From IMG/VR virus record IMGVR_UViG_3300045988_085035: DNA of 60,719 nt; one strand, 5' to 3'. Of this stretch, positions 9,079-17,853 are shown piece by piece (within the stretch, counting starts at the first letter, position 1; every line of letters starts with the position of its first letter). Source of the DNA: a virus. Position numbers and translations under genes: made by a program. The notes beneath the pieces were generated by a model. The model was not told where the DNA came from. It searched no databases and saw only the letters and a list, made by a program, of their open reading frames with translations.

Positions 9079-9768
9079 ATGGAGATCACAAAACGAGAAG
9101 TGCTGGTGAGTATTTCTATCATAGCAATATTGCTTCTTACCGGATTTTTAATATCCAGTAAGATCTCTCAGTACGAAATGGATCAAAACGAAGTGTATAA
9201 CAAGGCGATCCAGATTGATACGCAGGAAATGTTTGAGTATGGAATGCGGACAGACGTTGGAAATGCTTTTGTATACGGGGAACTGAAAGCAGTTGATCCA
9301 GTATCATACCCGGATGTATCTGGCAGGTATATGTACTTGAAAAAGGTAAAAGAGAAATACACTAAGCATCGACGTACATATGAAGACCACACAAAGACTT
9401 ATTGGACGTGGGATTATGCAGGTGAGGAATCGCAGAAATGCACAGAACTAACATTTCTGAATAATACATTTAGCACCTCAAAAATCATCGTGCCAGATTC
9501 TAGTTACATAGACACCGTAAAAGAATCCAGATACATTCGATACGTGTATTATGGCACAAAAGAATCATATCAAGGAACCTTATTTACGTGCCTGAGTAAT
9601 AAAACAATATCTGACAATTCCCCATTCTACAAAGACCAGACAATTGAAGAAACCGTGGACTGTTTAGAGTCGGGAGCGGGACTTATTGTTTTTTGGATAT
9701 GCTGGATAGTGCTCATCGGTGTATGTGTATACGGGTTTTGTTATCTGGATAATTGGTGGCTGGAATAA
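9079..9768 (+). CDS. Two-TM membrane protein, partner of LemA
   Basis: Start moved to the ATG at 9079 (MEITKREVLVSISIIAILLL), immediately after the LemA stop. N- and C-terminal TM helices flank a roughly 170-aa soluble domain. Confidence 0.55.
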   Translation: MEITKREVLVSISIIAILLLTGFLISSKISQYEMDQNEVYNKAIQIDTQEMFEYGMRTDVGNAFVYGELKAVDPVSYPDVSGRYMYLKKVKEKYTKHRRTYEDHTKTYWTWDYAGEESQKCTELTFLNNTFSTSKIIVPDSSYIDTVKESRYIRYVYYGTKESYQGTLFTCLSNKTISDNSPFYKDQTIEETVDCLESGAGLIVFWICWIVLIGVCVYGFCYLDNWWLE

Positions 9769-9778
9769 AGGAGATAAA

Positions 9779-11104
9779 ATGGAAAACTTAATTATAGACT
9801 GCTTCGCCGGTGGCGGCGGGGCGAGTAAAGGAATTGAAATGGCCTTAAACAGACCGATAGATATTGCTGTAAACCATGATCCAGAAGCCATCCGGATGCA
9901 CAAAGTAAATCACCCAGATACGCTTCATCTTACAGAGGATATTTTTAAGGTCGACTTACAGAAACAGGTTGCAGGAAAACATGTGGCACTGATGTGGGCT
10001 TCTCCGGATTGTACGAGCCATTCAAAAGCAAAAGGTGGTCAGCCCCGAAAGAAAGGATTGAGGATTCTGCCATGGGCAGTGTATAAGCACGCAAAGCTGA
10101 TTCTTCCGGACGTAATCATTATGGAAAATGTAGAGGAGATACAACAGTGGGGGCCTCTGGATGAGTCAGGAAGACCAATTAAAAGCCGAGCGGGTGAAGA
10201 CTATAACAAATTCATAACAGCTATGAAATCTATTGGTTATGAATTTGACAGCCGGGAATTAGTAGCAGCAGATTATGGAGCACCAACGACACGAAAAAGG
10301 TGGTACGCAGTGTTTCGTAGGGATGGAAAACCGATTAATTGGCCGATGGCTACACACAGCAAAAATGGTGATTCAGGAACAGAGAAATGGTTGGAATGCG
10401 GAGACTACATTGATTGGTCGGATTTAGGCAATTCTATTTTTACCAGAAAGAAACCTCTGGCTGATGCCACCATGCGACGTATCGCAAATGGATACAGGAA
10501 GTACATAGTTGAAAATGACCGTCCATATATTGTAGACAATGAAGACGCGGTTGCCTTCCTTATACAGTATCATGGGGAAACAAAAGCTGGGGACTCCAGA
10601 GGGCAGCTTCTTACAGAGCCAATTAAAACGATAGATACAAGTAACCGGTACGGGCTTGTGACAGCATTTATCACAAAATATTATAAATCCGGAATTGGTC
10701 AAGGGTGTGATGAGCCGTTACATACAATAACCACATCACCGGGGCATTTTGGACTGATATCTGCATTCCTGATTAAGTATTATGGTACCGGATGTGGACA
10801 GACATTGGACGAACCGCTTGCTACGATCACTACGAAAGATCGTTTTGGTCTGGTAAATGTTATCACTGAAATCAATGGGGAGAAATATGTCCTGAAAGAT
10901 ATTTTTCTGAGAATGCTTAAAGCGGAACCGGAACTTAAAACAATGCAGGGGTTTCCGGAAGATTATATTATTACGAGAGATGCAGAAGGGAAGAGATACC
11001 CGATAAAAGAGCAGGTGGCCAGAATTGGAAACAGTGTTGTACCCATTATGGCTCAGATGCTGGTAGCTGCAAACTGTTCTTATCTTAGAAAGGAAAGAGC
11101 CTGA
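9779..11104 (+). CDS. DNA (cytosine-5) methyltransferase
   Basis: Motif I DCFAGGGG; motif IV SPDCTSHS; motif VI MENVEE; motif X RIGNSVVP. Start moved to the ATG at 9779 after AAGGAG. Confidence 0.9.
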   Translation: MENLIIDCFAGGGGASKGIEMALNRPIDIAVNHDPEAIRMHKVNHPDTLHLTEDIFKVDLQKQVAGKHVALMWASPDCTSHSKAKGGQPRKKGLRILPWAVYKHAKLILPDVIIMENVEEIQQWGPLDESGRPIKSRAGEDYNKFITAMKSIGYEFDSRELVAADYGAPTTRKRWYAVFRRDGKPINWPMATHSKNGDSGTEKWLECGDYIDWSDLGNSIFTRKKPLADATMRRIANGYRKYIVENDRPYIVDNEDAVAFLIQYHGETKAGDSRGQLLTEPIKTIDTSNRYGLVTAFITKYYKSGIGQGCDEPLHTITTSPGHFGLISAFLIKYYGTGCGQTLDEPLATITTKDRFGLVNVITEINGEKYVLKDIFLRMLKAEPELKTMQGFPEDYIITRDAEGKRYPIKEQVARIGNSVVPIMAQMLVAANCSYLRKERA

Positions 11105-11316
11105 TGGAAGAACTGAAAAACCCCGATATAGTAGATCATAACTATGTGAAAAAACGTATTGCAAAGATCAAGAGCACTTACCAGCCGTGCCAGTGCCGCG
11201 ATTGTGGAAGTACCATTTATGCTAGCGATGCAGAGGACGTGGAGTACATCCTTTCCCGCGGAGAAGAAATTTTTATCTGTAAAAGATGTGGAAGAAAAGA
11301 GGACAAGCAAGACTGA
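11104..11316 (+). CDS. Small zinc-ribbon protein
   Basis: CQCRDCG...CKRCG Cys pairs. The ATG overlaps the upstream TGA. Confidence 0.5.
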   Translation: MEELKNPDIVDHNYVKKRIAKIKSTYQPCQCRDCGSTIYASDAEDVEYILSRGEEIFICKRCGRKEDKQD

Positions 11317-11353
11317 AAAGTTTCCGCTATTGAGACTATAGGAGGTGAAAGTA

Positions 11354-11800
11354 ATGGGATTACAGACAAGTAAAAAAGAGATTGTATGCGTATTTTGTGG
11401 TAGAAAACGAACAATTTCATATGTAAGTGACGATGGTAGGGACTGGCTCGGACATCAGAGAGGGACACCGGGAAGCTGGACTGTCGATGATGGTTGTAAT
11501 TGTGACTTAGGAAAATTGGAAAAGCAGAAAACCACAATTAAGCCAATGTGCCATAATTGTGCATACCTGGAATCGGGGTATTGCGTTAACAAAAAGCAAC
11601 TTAACAGTATCAGTCAGTTGTTCGATGTAGGGAAGTCTGTTCATGTAAAAAGACCGGAGCTTCTTTGTGAAAACTGGGTACTAAACAGATGTATATTTGA
11701 CCGGTTGTTTAAAGGTTCTGACCACGTCGTAGGAAAGGATTTTGTTTCCGTAATATTAGAGAAAAGAGGGTTAAAAGATGAAAAAATCAGCAAGAGTTGA
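11354..11800 (+). CDS. Cys-rich hypothetical protein
   Basis: ATG 9 nt after GGAGG (the ORF-track GTG at 11345 lies inside the SD). CVFCG...CNCD...CHNC...C motifs. Confidence 0.5.
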   Translation: MGLQTSKKEIVCVFCGRKRTISYVSDDGRDWLGHQRGTPGSWTVDDGCNCDLGKLEKQKTTIKPMCHNCAYLESGYCVNKKQLNSISQLFDVGKSVHVKRPELLCENWVLNRCIFDRLFKGSDHVVGKDFVSVILEKRGLKDEKISKS

Positions 11801-11984
11801 AACAGTAAAGGGCCTTTTAGGATCAATCGAAGAAAGCCTGAAAGAGTGGGAGACAGCAGAAGAAGCCGGAAAGCGTCCTCTGCCCGGATATGATATCGGC
11901 TCAGAGCATAGCAAAAATTCAATCAAGAATCGTTGTGTTATTGCCAGAGCAGAGTTGATGCAGATTATCAGAGATTTGGGGTAA
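11778..11984 (+). CDS. Hypothetical protein
   Basis: 68-aa ORF with a purine-rich SD, overlapping its neighbours in operon fashion. Confidence 0.4.
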   Translation: MKKSARVETVKGLLGSIEESLKEWETAEEAGKRPLPGYDIGSEHSKNSIKNRCVIARAELMQIIRDLG

Positions 11985-12004
11985 ATAAGAGAGGTGCTAC
12001 ACGG

Positions 12005-12403
12005 ATGAGCAGCAAACTGAAAATGAAACCAAAAAAAATGAAGCCACCTCTCAATGTACTGGCGGCTCCTCCGAATACATATCAGCAGGATTTTAAAAAT
12101 GCCATGCTGAACGCCAGAGACGAACTGAAAGAAATGGAGTGTAAAGCCTATGAAGACGGTTTTAACGATGGCGAGGACTGGAGCGATACAGTAAATACCG
12201 TCACGTTTATGATGGCTCTGAGAAAGCTGTACGGCTTCTCTACTGCCAGACTGTTAAAGGTTATAAAGACCTCTAATGAGTTCGTTAAAATGGCAAATGA
12301 GGGGCAAATGACCATTATGCAGATGATGAAAGACATCGAAGATCATACAGAGGTGAGATTTGACCAGAAATACAAAGATATGGTGGAAAGGATAGGGCTA
12401 TAG
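12005..12403 (+). CDS. Hypothetical protein
   Basis: Start moved to the ATG at 12005 (MSSKLKMKPKK) after AGAGAGG. No motif recognised. Confidence 0.45.
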   Translation: MSSKLKMKPKKMKPPLNVLAAPPNTYQQDFKNAMLNARDELKEMECKAYEDGFNDGEDWSDTVNTVTFMMALRKLYGFSTARLLKVIKTSNEFVKMANEGQMTIMQMMKDIEDHTEVRFDQKYKDMVERIGL

Positions 12404-12637
12404 ATGGGAAATTTGATTGATGCTTTTACCAAGGAAGACAGAATACCAGTAAGATTCAGCGAATTATACACGATTATAAGACAGGCGGCTCAAGCAGAGC
12501 TTATGGAAAATGCTGTAGCTTACGGGGTGCCACACTATTATATCCAGCAGATGATTAACGGAAAAAATGATCTTCTGAAGAATATAAGAGCACTGGAGTT
12601 CTCCCAGAAGAGATTCCAGCTATGCAGCAGACCATAG
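12404..12637 (+). CDS. Hypothetical protein
   Basis: 77-aa ORF directly abutting the previous stop. Confidence 0.4.
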   Translation: MGNLIDAFTKEDRIPVRFSELYTIIRQAAQAELMENAVAYGVPHYYIQQMINGKNDLLKNIRALEFSQKRFQLCSRP

Positions 12638-12786
12638 TGGCATATCGAAATACGGGATACGCTCCTGAAAAAGTAAAAGAGCTGGATGCGCTATATCTAA
12701 AAAAGTGTGAAGAAGTAAACGCATTGGAAAAGGAACTCTGGGACTCAAGAACACCAGCAAACAAGGAGAAAAATGAGAATGAATAA
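12622..12786 (+). CDS. Small hypothetical protein (54 aa, below the ORF-track cutoff)
   Basis: Hand-translated MQQTIVAYRNTGYAPEKVKELDALYLKKCEEVNALEKELWDSRTPANKEKNENE. Bridges an otherwise non-coding 135-nt gap. Confidence 0.3.
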   Translation: MQQTIVAYRNTGYAPEKVKELDALYLKKCEEVNALEKELWDSRTPANKEKNENE

Positions 12787-13450
12787 CACGGTTGTAAATA
12801 TCTTAGGCACAGAATACCGGATTGAATTTAAAAATATTGAAGATGATCCAATTTTGAAGAACGCAAACGGATATACAGATCCGACAGTGAAGAAGATCGT
12901 GATTTGCAATAAAGAACCAGATTGTGATGTTGAGGACTTTGACATTCTTCAGAGACAAGTTATTCGTCATGAAATCATACATGCTTACTTTGAGGAGTCT
13001 GGTGTCTCTACCAATGTTGAAAATCTAAATCAGGGTGTACCAGAACTGTACGTTGATTGGTTTGCTATTCAGGCGCCAAAGATCTACAAGACCTATGTGA
13101 AACTCGGCATTCTGGATGTAAATACTACAAAAGAAGTTTTCGATGACTACATAGACAGGGCAGGAACTACCGCATTAGCGCGTGGGATGAATGGAAGTAT
13201 CACACCAATAGAACTGATAGACGCAATGAGAGGCGAGGTATCAGAACTTTTCGAGGAGTTTGGATCAGAACATAAAGTAACAGAAACTTACTATGGAGAA
13301 GACGGAAAACCTGAGGGCGTACCGTCAGAGCTTGCAGATGTTGTAATTTATTGTTTCATTATGGCAGATCTGTATCAGATTGATCTGGCAAAAGCTCTGG
13401 ACGAAAAAATGGCATACAACGTGATAAGGGCTAAACGGGAGGTCAAATGA
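12773..13450 (+). CDS. Two-domain protein: N-terminal HExxH metallopeptidase-like motif plus C-terminal MazG-like NTP pyrophosphohydrolase
   Basis: The RHEIIHAYFEE motif is in the first half. EVSELFEEFG...PSELADVVIYCFIMADLYQIDL matches the MazG EExxE/ExxD helices in the second half. Confidence 0.6.
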   Translation: MRMNNTVVNILGTEYRIEFKNIEDDPILKNANGYTDPTVKKIVICNKEPDCDVEDFDILQRQVIRHEIIHAYFEESGVSTNVENLNQGVPELYVDWFAIQAPKIYKTYVKLGILDVNTTKEVFDDYIDRAGTTALARGMNGSITPIELIDAMRGEVSELFEEFGSEHKVTETYYGEDGKPEGVPSELADVVIYCFIMADLYQIDLAKALDEKMAYNVIRAKREVK

Positions 13451-14058
13451 GTAAAGATAATGATATCCGATATAACGGATCAGGATACTATGATGAAACT
13501 GCATACAAGGCCATGAAAAACATGGACAGGGGGGGGACTCATAAAATGAGCGATATCAATAATTACACTACCGGAGAAATCTGGGAAATGGAAGCAACAA
13601 ATGGAATCACAAAAGAGGTTGTACTGATACAGTGTTTTGGGAGCTATGCTGCGGCACTTACTTTAATGGACAATGAGCCGAAGCAGAATGCGCTGGCAGT
13701 CAAGAGCCTGAGTCTCAAATATGTTGATTGTGGAAGACTGGGATATTGTTTTTACGATAAGCTTACAAATTATATTCGTACATTGTCAGATGGCGATATT
13801 GCGGAGCTTAAAAGGAGTATTGCTGATGCATTGGAGCTTCCGATGCCGGAAATGCTGGAATCACCGCAGCTTGAAAAACAGGTGGAAACTGACTTAGCTG
13901 TGAAAGCTGCTATTTTGGACAGTGAAGCTACACAGAAGAAATGTGAGGAGTTGCGTGAGAAGCTGACCAATGCAGAATATAAAGCATCGAGTATGGCTAG
14001 AGAAAGAGATATCTATAAAAAGCTGTACGAACAGATTCTGGATAAAGTTATACCGTAA
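13447..14058 (+). CDS. Hypothetical protein with a possible PemK/MazF-like SH3 fold core; paralogous to the C-terminus of 56274-57059
   Basis: GEIWEMEATNGITKEVVLIQCFG...ALTLMDNEP...YVDCGRLGY...KLTNYIRTLSDGDIAELKRSIADAL aligns by eye with RGYVYKFEPKSE...ALAISSD...IILLSKEP...YCNCGKV...RLTEEVTKVSDKKMAKISLLISRGL. Confidence 0.4.
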   Translation: MSKDNDIRYNGSGYYDETAYKAMKNMDRGGTHKMSDINNYTTGEIWEMEATNGITKEVVLIQCFGSYAAALTLMDNEPKQNALAVKSLSLKYVDCGRLGYCFYDKLTNYIRTLSDGDIAELKRSIADALELPMPEMLESPQLEKQVETDLAVKAAILDSEATQKKCEELREKLTNAEYKASSMARERDIYKKLYEQILDKVIP

Positions 14059-14068
14059 GGAGGCATAA

Positions 14069-14671
14069 ATGCGGGTAAAAGAAAATGTTAAAATCTATAC
14101 AGACGGATCATGTCACGGTAATCCCGGTCCGGGTGGATATGCAGCAGTTCTTCAGCGCGCCGACGGATCAACCGTAACCGTACATGGAGCCGAATGGTAT
14201 ACAACTAATAACCGCATGGAGCTTACTGCAGTAATAGAGGGGCTGAAACTTGTAACAAGCCCCTCTGCTGTTACTATATTCACAGACAGTAAGTATGTGG
14301 CTGATCTGATAAACCGGAGTGATCTGAAGAGTTTCATTAAAAATCCACAGAAGAAAAATACGGATCTGATTAGAAAGATTGTAAGCTTATCTGATGGACA
14401 TAGTGTACGCGCTAACTGGATTAAGGGACACGCAGGAAATGCACTGAATGAGAGATGCGATAAACTGGCAAATAGTGAGGTTGACCGATTGGAGAAAGAA
14501 CGAAGTATCCGCAGATTCGTAATAGCCTCAATACTTAAAGACGCTCTGGTCACACCGGAAGATATCGCGGACAGGTATCCTGGAATTGTATCTCTTGATA
14601 CTGTAAAAAAGTATTACGACCATTATTTTAAAATGCAGGAGGATTGTTATATTACAGGGCGACAAGAATAA
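14069..14671 (+). CDS. rnhA: Ribonuclease HI with a roughly 55-aa C-terminal extension
   Basis: IYTDGSC, NNRMELTAV, FTDSKYV, WIKGHAG and NERCDKLA correspond to the RNase HI catalytic DEDD/H residues. Confidence 0.9.
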   Translation: MRVKENVKIYTDGSCHGNPGPGGYAAVLQRADGSTVTVHGAEWYTTNNRMELTAVIEGLKLVTSPSAVTIFTDSKYVADLINRSDLKSFIKNPQKKNTDLIRKIVSLSDGHSVRANWIKGHAGNALNERCDKLANSEVDRLEKERSIRRFVIASILKDALVTPEDIADRYPGIVSLDTVKKYYDHYFKMQEDCYITGRQE

Positions 14672-14863
14672 ACCATATTACAATGCCAGCGGATACCCAG
14701 ATCCTACGGCATCCAAGGCAATTAAGAGCGTGAAAAACGAAGATGCGTTAGAAAATAAAGTAGGCTTCCTGATTAAAATTCTGAAATACATTATCAGAGA
14801 ATCTGGTTTTGAACTGGTGAACAGAATCGAGCTGAGGGACAAACAGTCAGGGAGGTGCTTTAA

Positions 14864-15064
14864 GTGAACATGATATTTGATGTAGTGCTTGCGGCAGCTT
14901 TAATTGTAGTAATCAGCCTTGGAGTTATTTTTATTGGAATTGCTACCGCTATGGAGCCTGAAAATGATTGTGTATTTTGCCCGATGTGGGGTAAAACCTG
15001 CACGGACAATGAGGGGGTTGAAAGGTCCTTCTGTGATAACTGCAGTAATAGAATGGTTAAATAA
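14864..15064 (+). CDS. Small membrane-anchored Cys-rich protein
   Basis: GTG (or the ATG at 14870) after GGGAGG. One TM helix, then CVFCPMWGKTC...CDNC. Confidence 0.45.
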   Translation: MNMIFDVVLAAALIVVISLGVIFIGIATAMEPENDCVFCPMWGKTCTDNEGVERSFCDNCSNRMVK

Positions 15065-15134
15065 AATTGACTTAAAGGCATTGACAGTCAATTTATTTAT
15101 ACTTATAATACAATTACAGTTAAATATATTTGAC
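15056..15134 (+). promoter_or_regulatory. Promoter B (TTGACA 15081-15086, 17-nt spacer, TATAAT 15104-15109) flanked by two operators
   Basis: Operators GTTAAATAAAATTGAC (15056-15071) and GTTAAATATATTTGAC (15119-15134). Same geometry as promoters A and C. Confidence 0.75.
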
Positions 15135-15158
15135 TATTGATGTGAAAAGGAGTACCTT

Positions 15159-17585
15159 ATGATTTTAAAAAATGACAGGCAATTAACAATATCCGTCGGT
15201 GCCAGTCGTAAGGATACCAGTTGGAAACCGCAGTTAATCACTATCGGAGAACTCTGGGACCGATTAAAAACACCGGTGCGAGGCGTAGAAACAATCACGC
15301 AATATCTGGCTCTGAAGAAATCTCAGCAGGATGATCTGAAAGATGTCGGCGGGTTTGTGGCTGGCGCTTTGAACGGAGGGCGAAGAAAAGCCGATGCGGT
15401 AACCGGCAGGGACATTGTAACTCTTGACTTTGACACTATCCCCGCTTATGGGACAGATGGAATTATTCAGTCCGTTGAGAACATGGGGTGTGGGTATTGT
15501 ATTTACAGTACCCGTAAGCACATGCAGACAGCGCCGAGGTTGCGTATTTTAATCCCACTGGATAGAACGGTTACCGCTGATGAATATGAGCCAATAGCAA
15601 GGCATATAGCCGCTCAGATTGGCATTCAGATGGCAGACCCTACTACATTTCAAGCATCCAGATTAATGTACTGGCCGTCATGCAGTGCAGACGGTGAATA
15701 CATATTCAGGTACAAAGATGCACCGTTGATAATGGCAGATCTGGTGTTAGATGCTTACGATGATTGGCACGACTTTAGTTCATGGCCGCAGGTACCGGGA
15801 GCAGTATCATATCAGAAACTTGCAATGAAGCAGGGCGACCCGGACACAAAGCCCGGTATCGTTGGAACATTTAACAGGGCTTATGGTGACGTGTTCAATG
15901 CCATGGACAAGCTGCTTCCTGGAATCTATGAACCAGTTGACACTGATCCAAATCGGTTCACCTATCTGGGAGGCTCTACAACAGGCGGCGCGGTGATTTA
16001 CGATCACGGCAAATTCCTTTTTTCACACCATGCGACAGACCCTTGTAGTGGAAAGCTTGTAAACGCATTCGACTTGGTTCGGCTGCATAAGTTCGGAGAC
16101 AGGGACGATACGGCGGCACCGAACACGCCAAACAACCGGTTACCATCTTACACAGCAATGTGCGAATTTGCTGTTGCTGACCCGGTTGTATCCGCGTTCA
16201 TGGCAAAAGAGAGGCATGAACAGGCGATGCAGGACTTTAGTAGAATCACACAGAGCAGTAATAATACGACCGCTGACAGTGATTCCTACGATTGGATGCA
16301 GAAGTTACAGCTTAACCCAAAAGCGGGTACCGTAAAGTCCACCATAGATAACATCATCATCATTCTGGACAATGACCCTCTGTTAAAAGGTAAGTTCGCA
16401 CTTAACCAGTTCGCTGGCAGAGGCGAAGTTCTGGGAAAACTTCCATGGAGTATGGACGGCGAAAGACGGTTGTGGAGTGATACAGACAGCAACGGGCTTT
16501 ACTGGTACCTTGAAAAAGCCTATGACATAACAGGACGCGGGAGCATTGATGCGGCTTTAGACATCCATGCAGCTACACACGCGTTTAACGAGGTCCAGGA
16601 TTATATCAAAAAACTGGTATGGGACGGAATCCCGCGACTGGATACGTTATTCATTGATTATCTGGGAGCTGAAGATGATCCGGTAGGGTACACCAGAGCC
16701 GTGTGCAGAAAAGCTTTTACAGCAGCAGTCGCGAGAGCCATGGATCCCGGATGTAAATACGATTGTATGTTGATTCTCTGTGGAGCACAGGGGCTTGGCA
16801 AGTCCACAATTTTAGATAAGATGAGCCGCGGTTGGTTCAATGACAGCATCCGAACATTCGAGGGCAAAGAAGCCTCAGAGCTGTTACAGGGCGTGTGGCT
16901 GGTGGAAGTTGCCGAATTGGACGCTTTCAGACGAACAGACGTTGCGCGAATCAAGCAGTTTCTTTCCCTGAGGGCCGACCGGTACCGCGCCGCTTATGGT
17001 AGGAATGTAAAAGAGCTTCCGAGGTGCTGTGTGTTCTTCGGAACATGCAACCAGATGGATTTTTTGCAGGATACCACCGGAAACAGACGTTTCTGGCCTG
17101 TAGATGTAGGAGAACAGCCCCACACAAAAAATGTATGGCAGAATCTCACACCTGACACGGTAGATCAGATATGGGCTGAAGCTAAAATGCGTTGGATGAT
17201 GGGAGAGCAACTCTATCTTACAGGAGAGGTGGAAAAGGAAGCGCAGAACAGGCAGGAGTCTCACAGAGAAGCATCCCCACGCGAGGGTCTTATACACGAA
17301 TTTGTGGAGAGACAGGTTCCGGATGACTGGTCAAAATGGCCGCTTGACCGCCGCCGTGACTTCTGGGCGAACAATGCGACAGGCGATTACAATCTTGTAA
17401 GTCGTGACCGCATTTGCGCTTTAGAAGTTTGGTGCGAGTTGTTTTTTGGGAACCAAAAAGATATGAAGCCGCAGGATGTGAGAGAAATTAATGCAATTCT
17501 GGCAAACATCCCGCACTGGAAACGGTCAAAAAGCTCTATGCGCTGTGGCCCGTACAGCGTGCAAAGAGGGTTTATACCAGGTTGA
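15159..17585 (+). CDS. Bifunctional DNA primase-helicase (primase-polymerase-like N-terminus plus VirE/D5-like P-loop NTPase)
   Basis: 808 aa. Walker A CGAQGLGKST, Walker B-like VWLVEVAELD, and the downstream NRRFWPV motif typical of phage/plasmid primase-helicases. Confidence 0.8.
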   Translation: MILKNDRQLTISVGASRKDTSWKPQLITIGELWDRLKTPVRGVETITQYLALKKSQQDDLKDVGGFVAGALNGGRRKADAVTGRDIVTLDFDTIPAYGTDGIIQSVENMGCGYCIYSTRKHMQTAPRLRILIPLDRTVTADEYEPIARHIAAQIGIQMADPTTFQASRLMYWPSCSADGEYIFRYKDAPLIMADLVLDAYDDWHDFSSWPQVPGAVSYQKLAMKQGDPDTKPGIVGTFNRAYGDVFNAMDKLLPGIYEPVDTDPNRFTYLGGSTTGGAVIYDHGKFLFSHHATDPCSGKLVNAFDLVRLHKFGDRDDTAAPNTPNNRLPSYTAMCEFAVADPVVSAFMAKERHEQAMQDFSRITQSSNNTTADSDSYDWMQKLQLNPKAGTVKSTIDNIIIILDNDPLLKGKFALNQFAGRGEVLGKLPWSMDGERRLWSDTDSNGLYWYLEKAYDITGRGSIDAALDIHAATHAFNEVQDYIKKLVWDGIPRLDTLFIDYLGAEDDPVGYTRAVCRKAFTAAVARAMDPGCKYDCMLILCGAQGLGKSTILDKMSRGWFNDSIRTFEGKEASELLQGVWLVEVAELDAFRRTDVARIKQFLSLRADRYRAAYGRNVKELPRCCVFFGTCNQMDFLQDTTGNRRFWPVDVGEQPHTKNVWQNLTPDTVDQIWAEAKMRWMMGEQLYLTGEVEKEAQNRQESHREASPREGLIHEFVERQVPDDWSKWPLDRRRDFWANNATGDYNLVSRDRICALEVWCELFFGNQKDMKPQDVREINAILANIPHWKRSKSSMRCGPYSVQRGFIPG

Positions 17586-17853
17586 CATAAAATGTAACAA
17601 AAAGCGTAACAATCGCGTAACATTAGCATTTTTAAACGTTACAATGTTACACTCGTTTGTAACATTGTAACGTTAGTGTAACAAAAAATGTTACACCTGA
17701 AACCCTTGTAAATACTGGTTTTATAAGCATTTGTAACATTGTAACATATATTTCTAATAGACTTATGAAATAGAGGGATTAGGGGAATATAGTACTCCCT
17801 ATTCTCCCTAATTCGTACAGGTCTATACGCGCGCGAGAAGTTTGATACATTTT
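17581..17853 (+). repeat. GTAAC-array repeat, copy 1 (273 bp)
   Basis: Collinear with 53651-53923. Eleven GTAAC/GTTAC pentamers, then the conserved hairpin AGGGATTAGGGGA-N9-CTCCCTATTCTCCCT and GTCTATACGCGCGCGAG. Confidence 0.9.

Noticed and set aside
17581-17620. TTGACA (17582-17587) or TTTACA at the start of each GTAAC repeat as a sigma-70 -35 element
   Set aside because: No acceptable -10 hexamer lies at 16-18 nt; the best candidate is TAACAA at 19 nt. A promoter here is kept as a hypothesis within the repeat finding rather than listed as a feature.
17581-17760. GTAAC arrays as a CRISPR array or tRNA-like element
   Set aside because: The repeat unit is only 5-6 nt with irregular 2-12 nt spacing and mixed orientation, unlike CRISPR repeats of 24-48 nt with unique spacers. 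No cloverleaf could be drawn.
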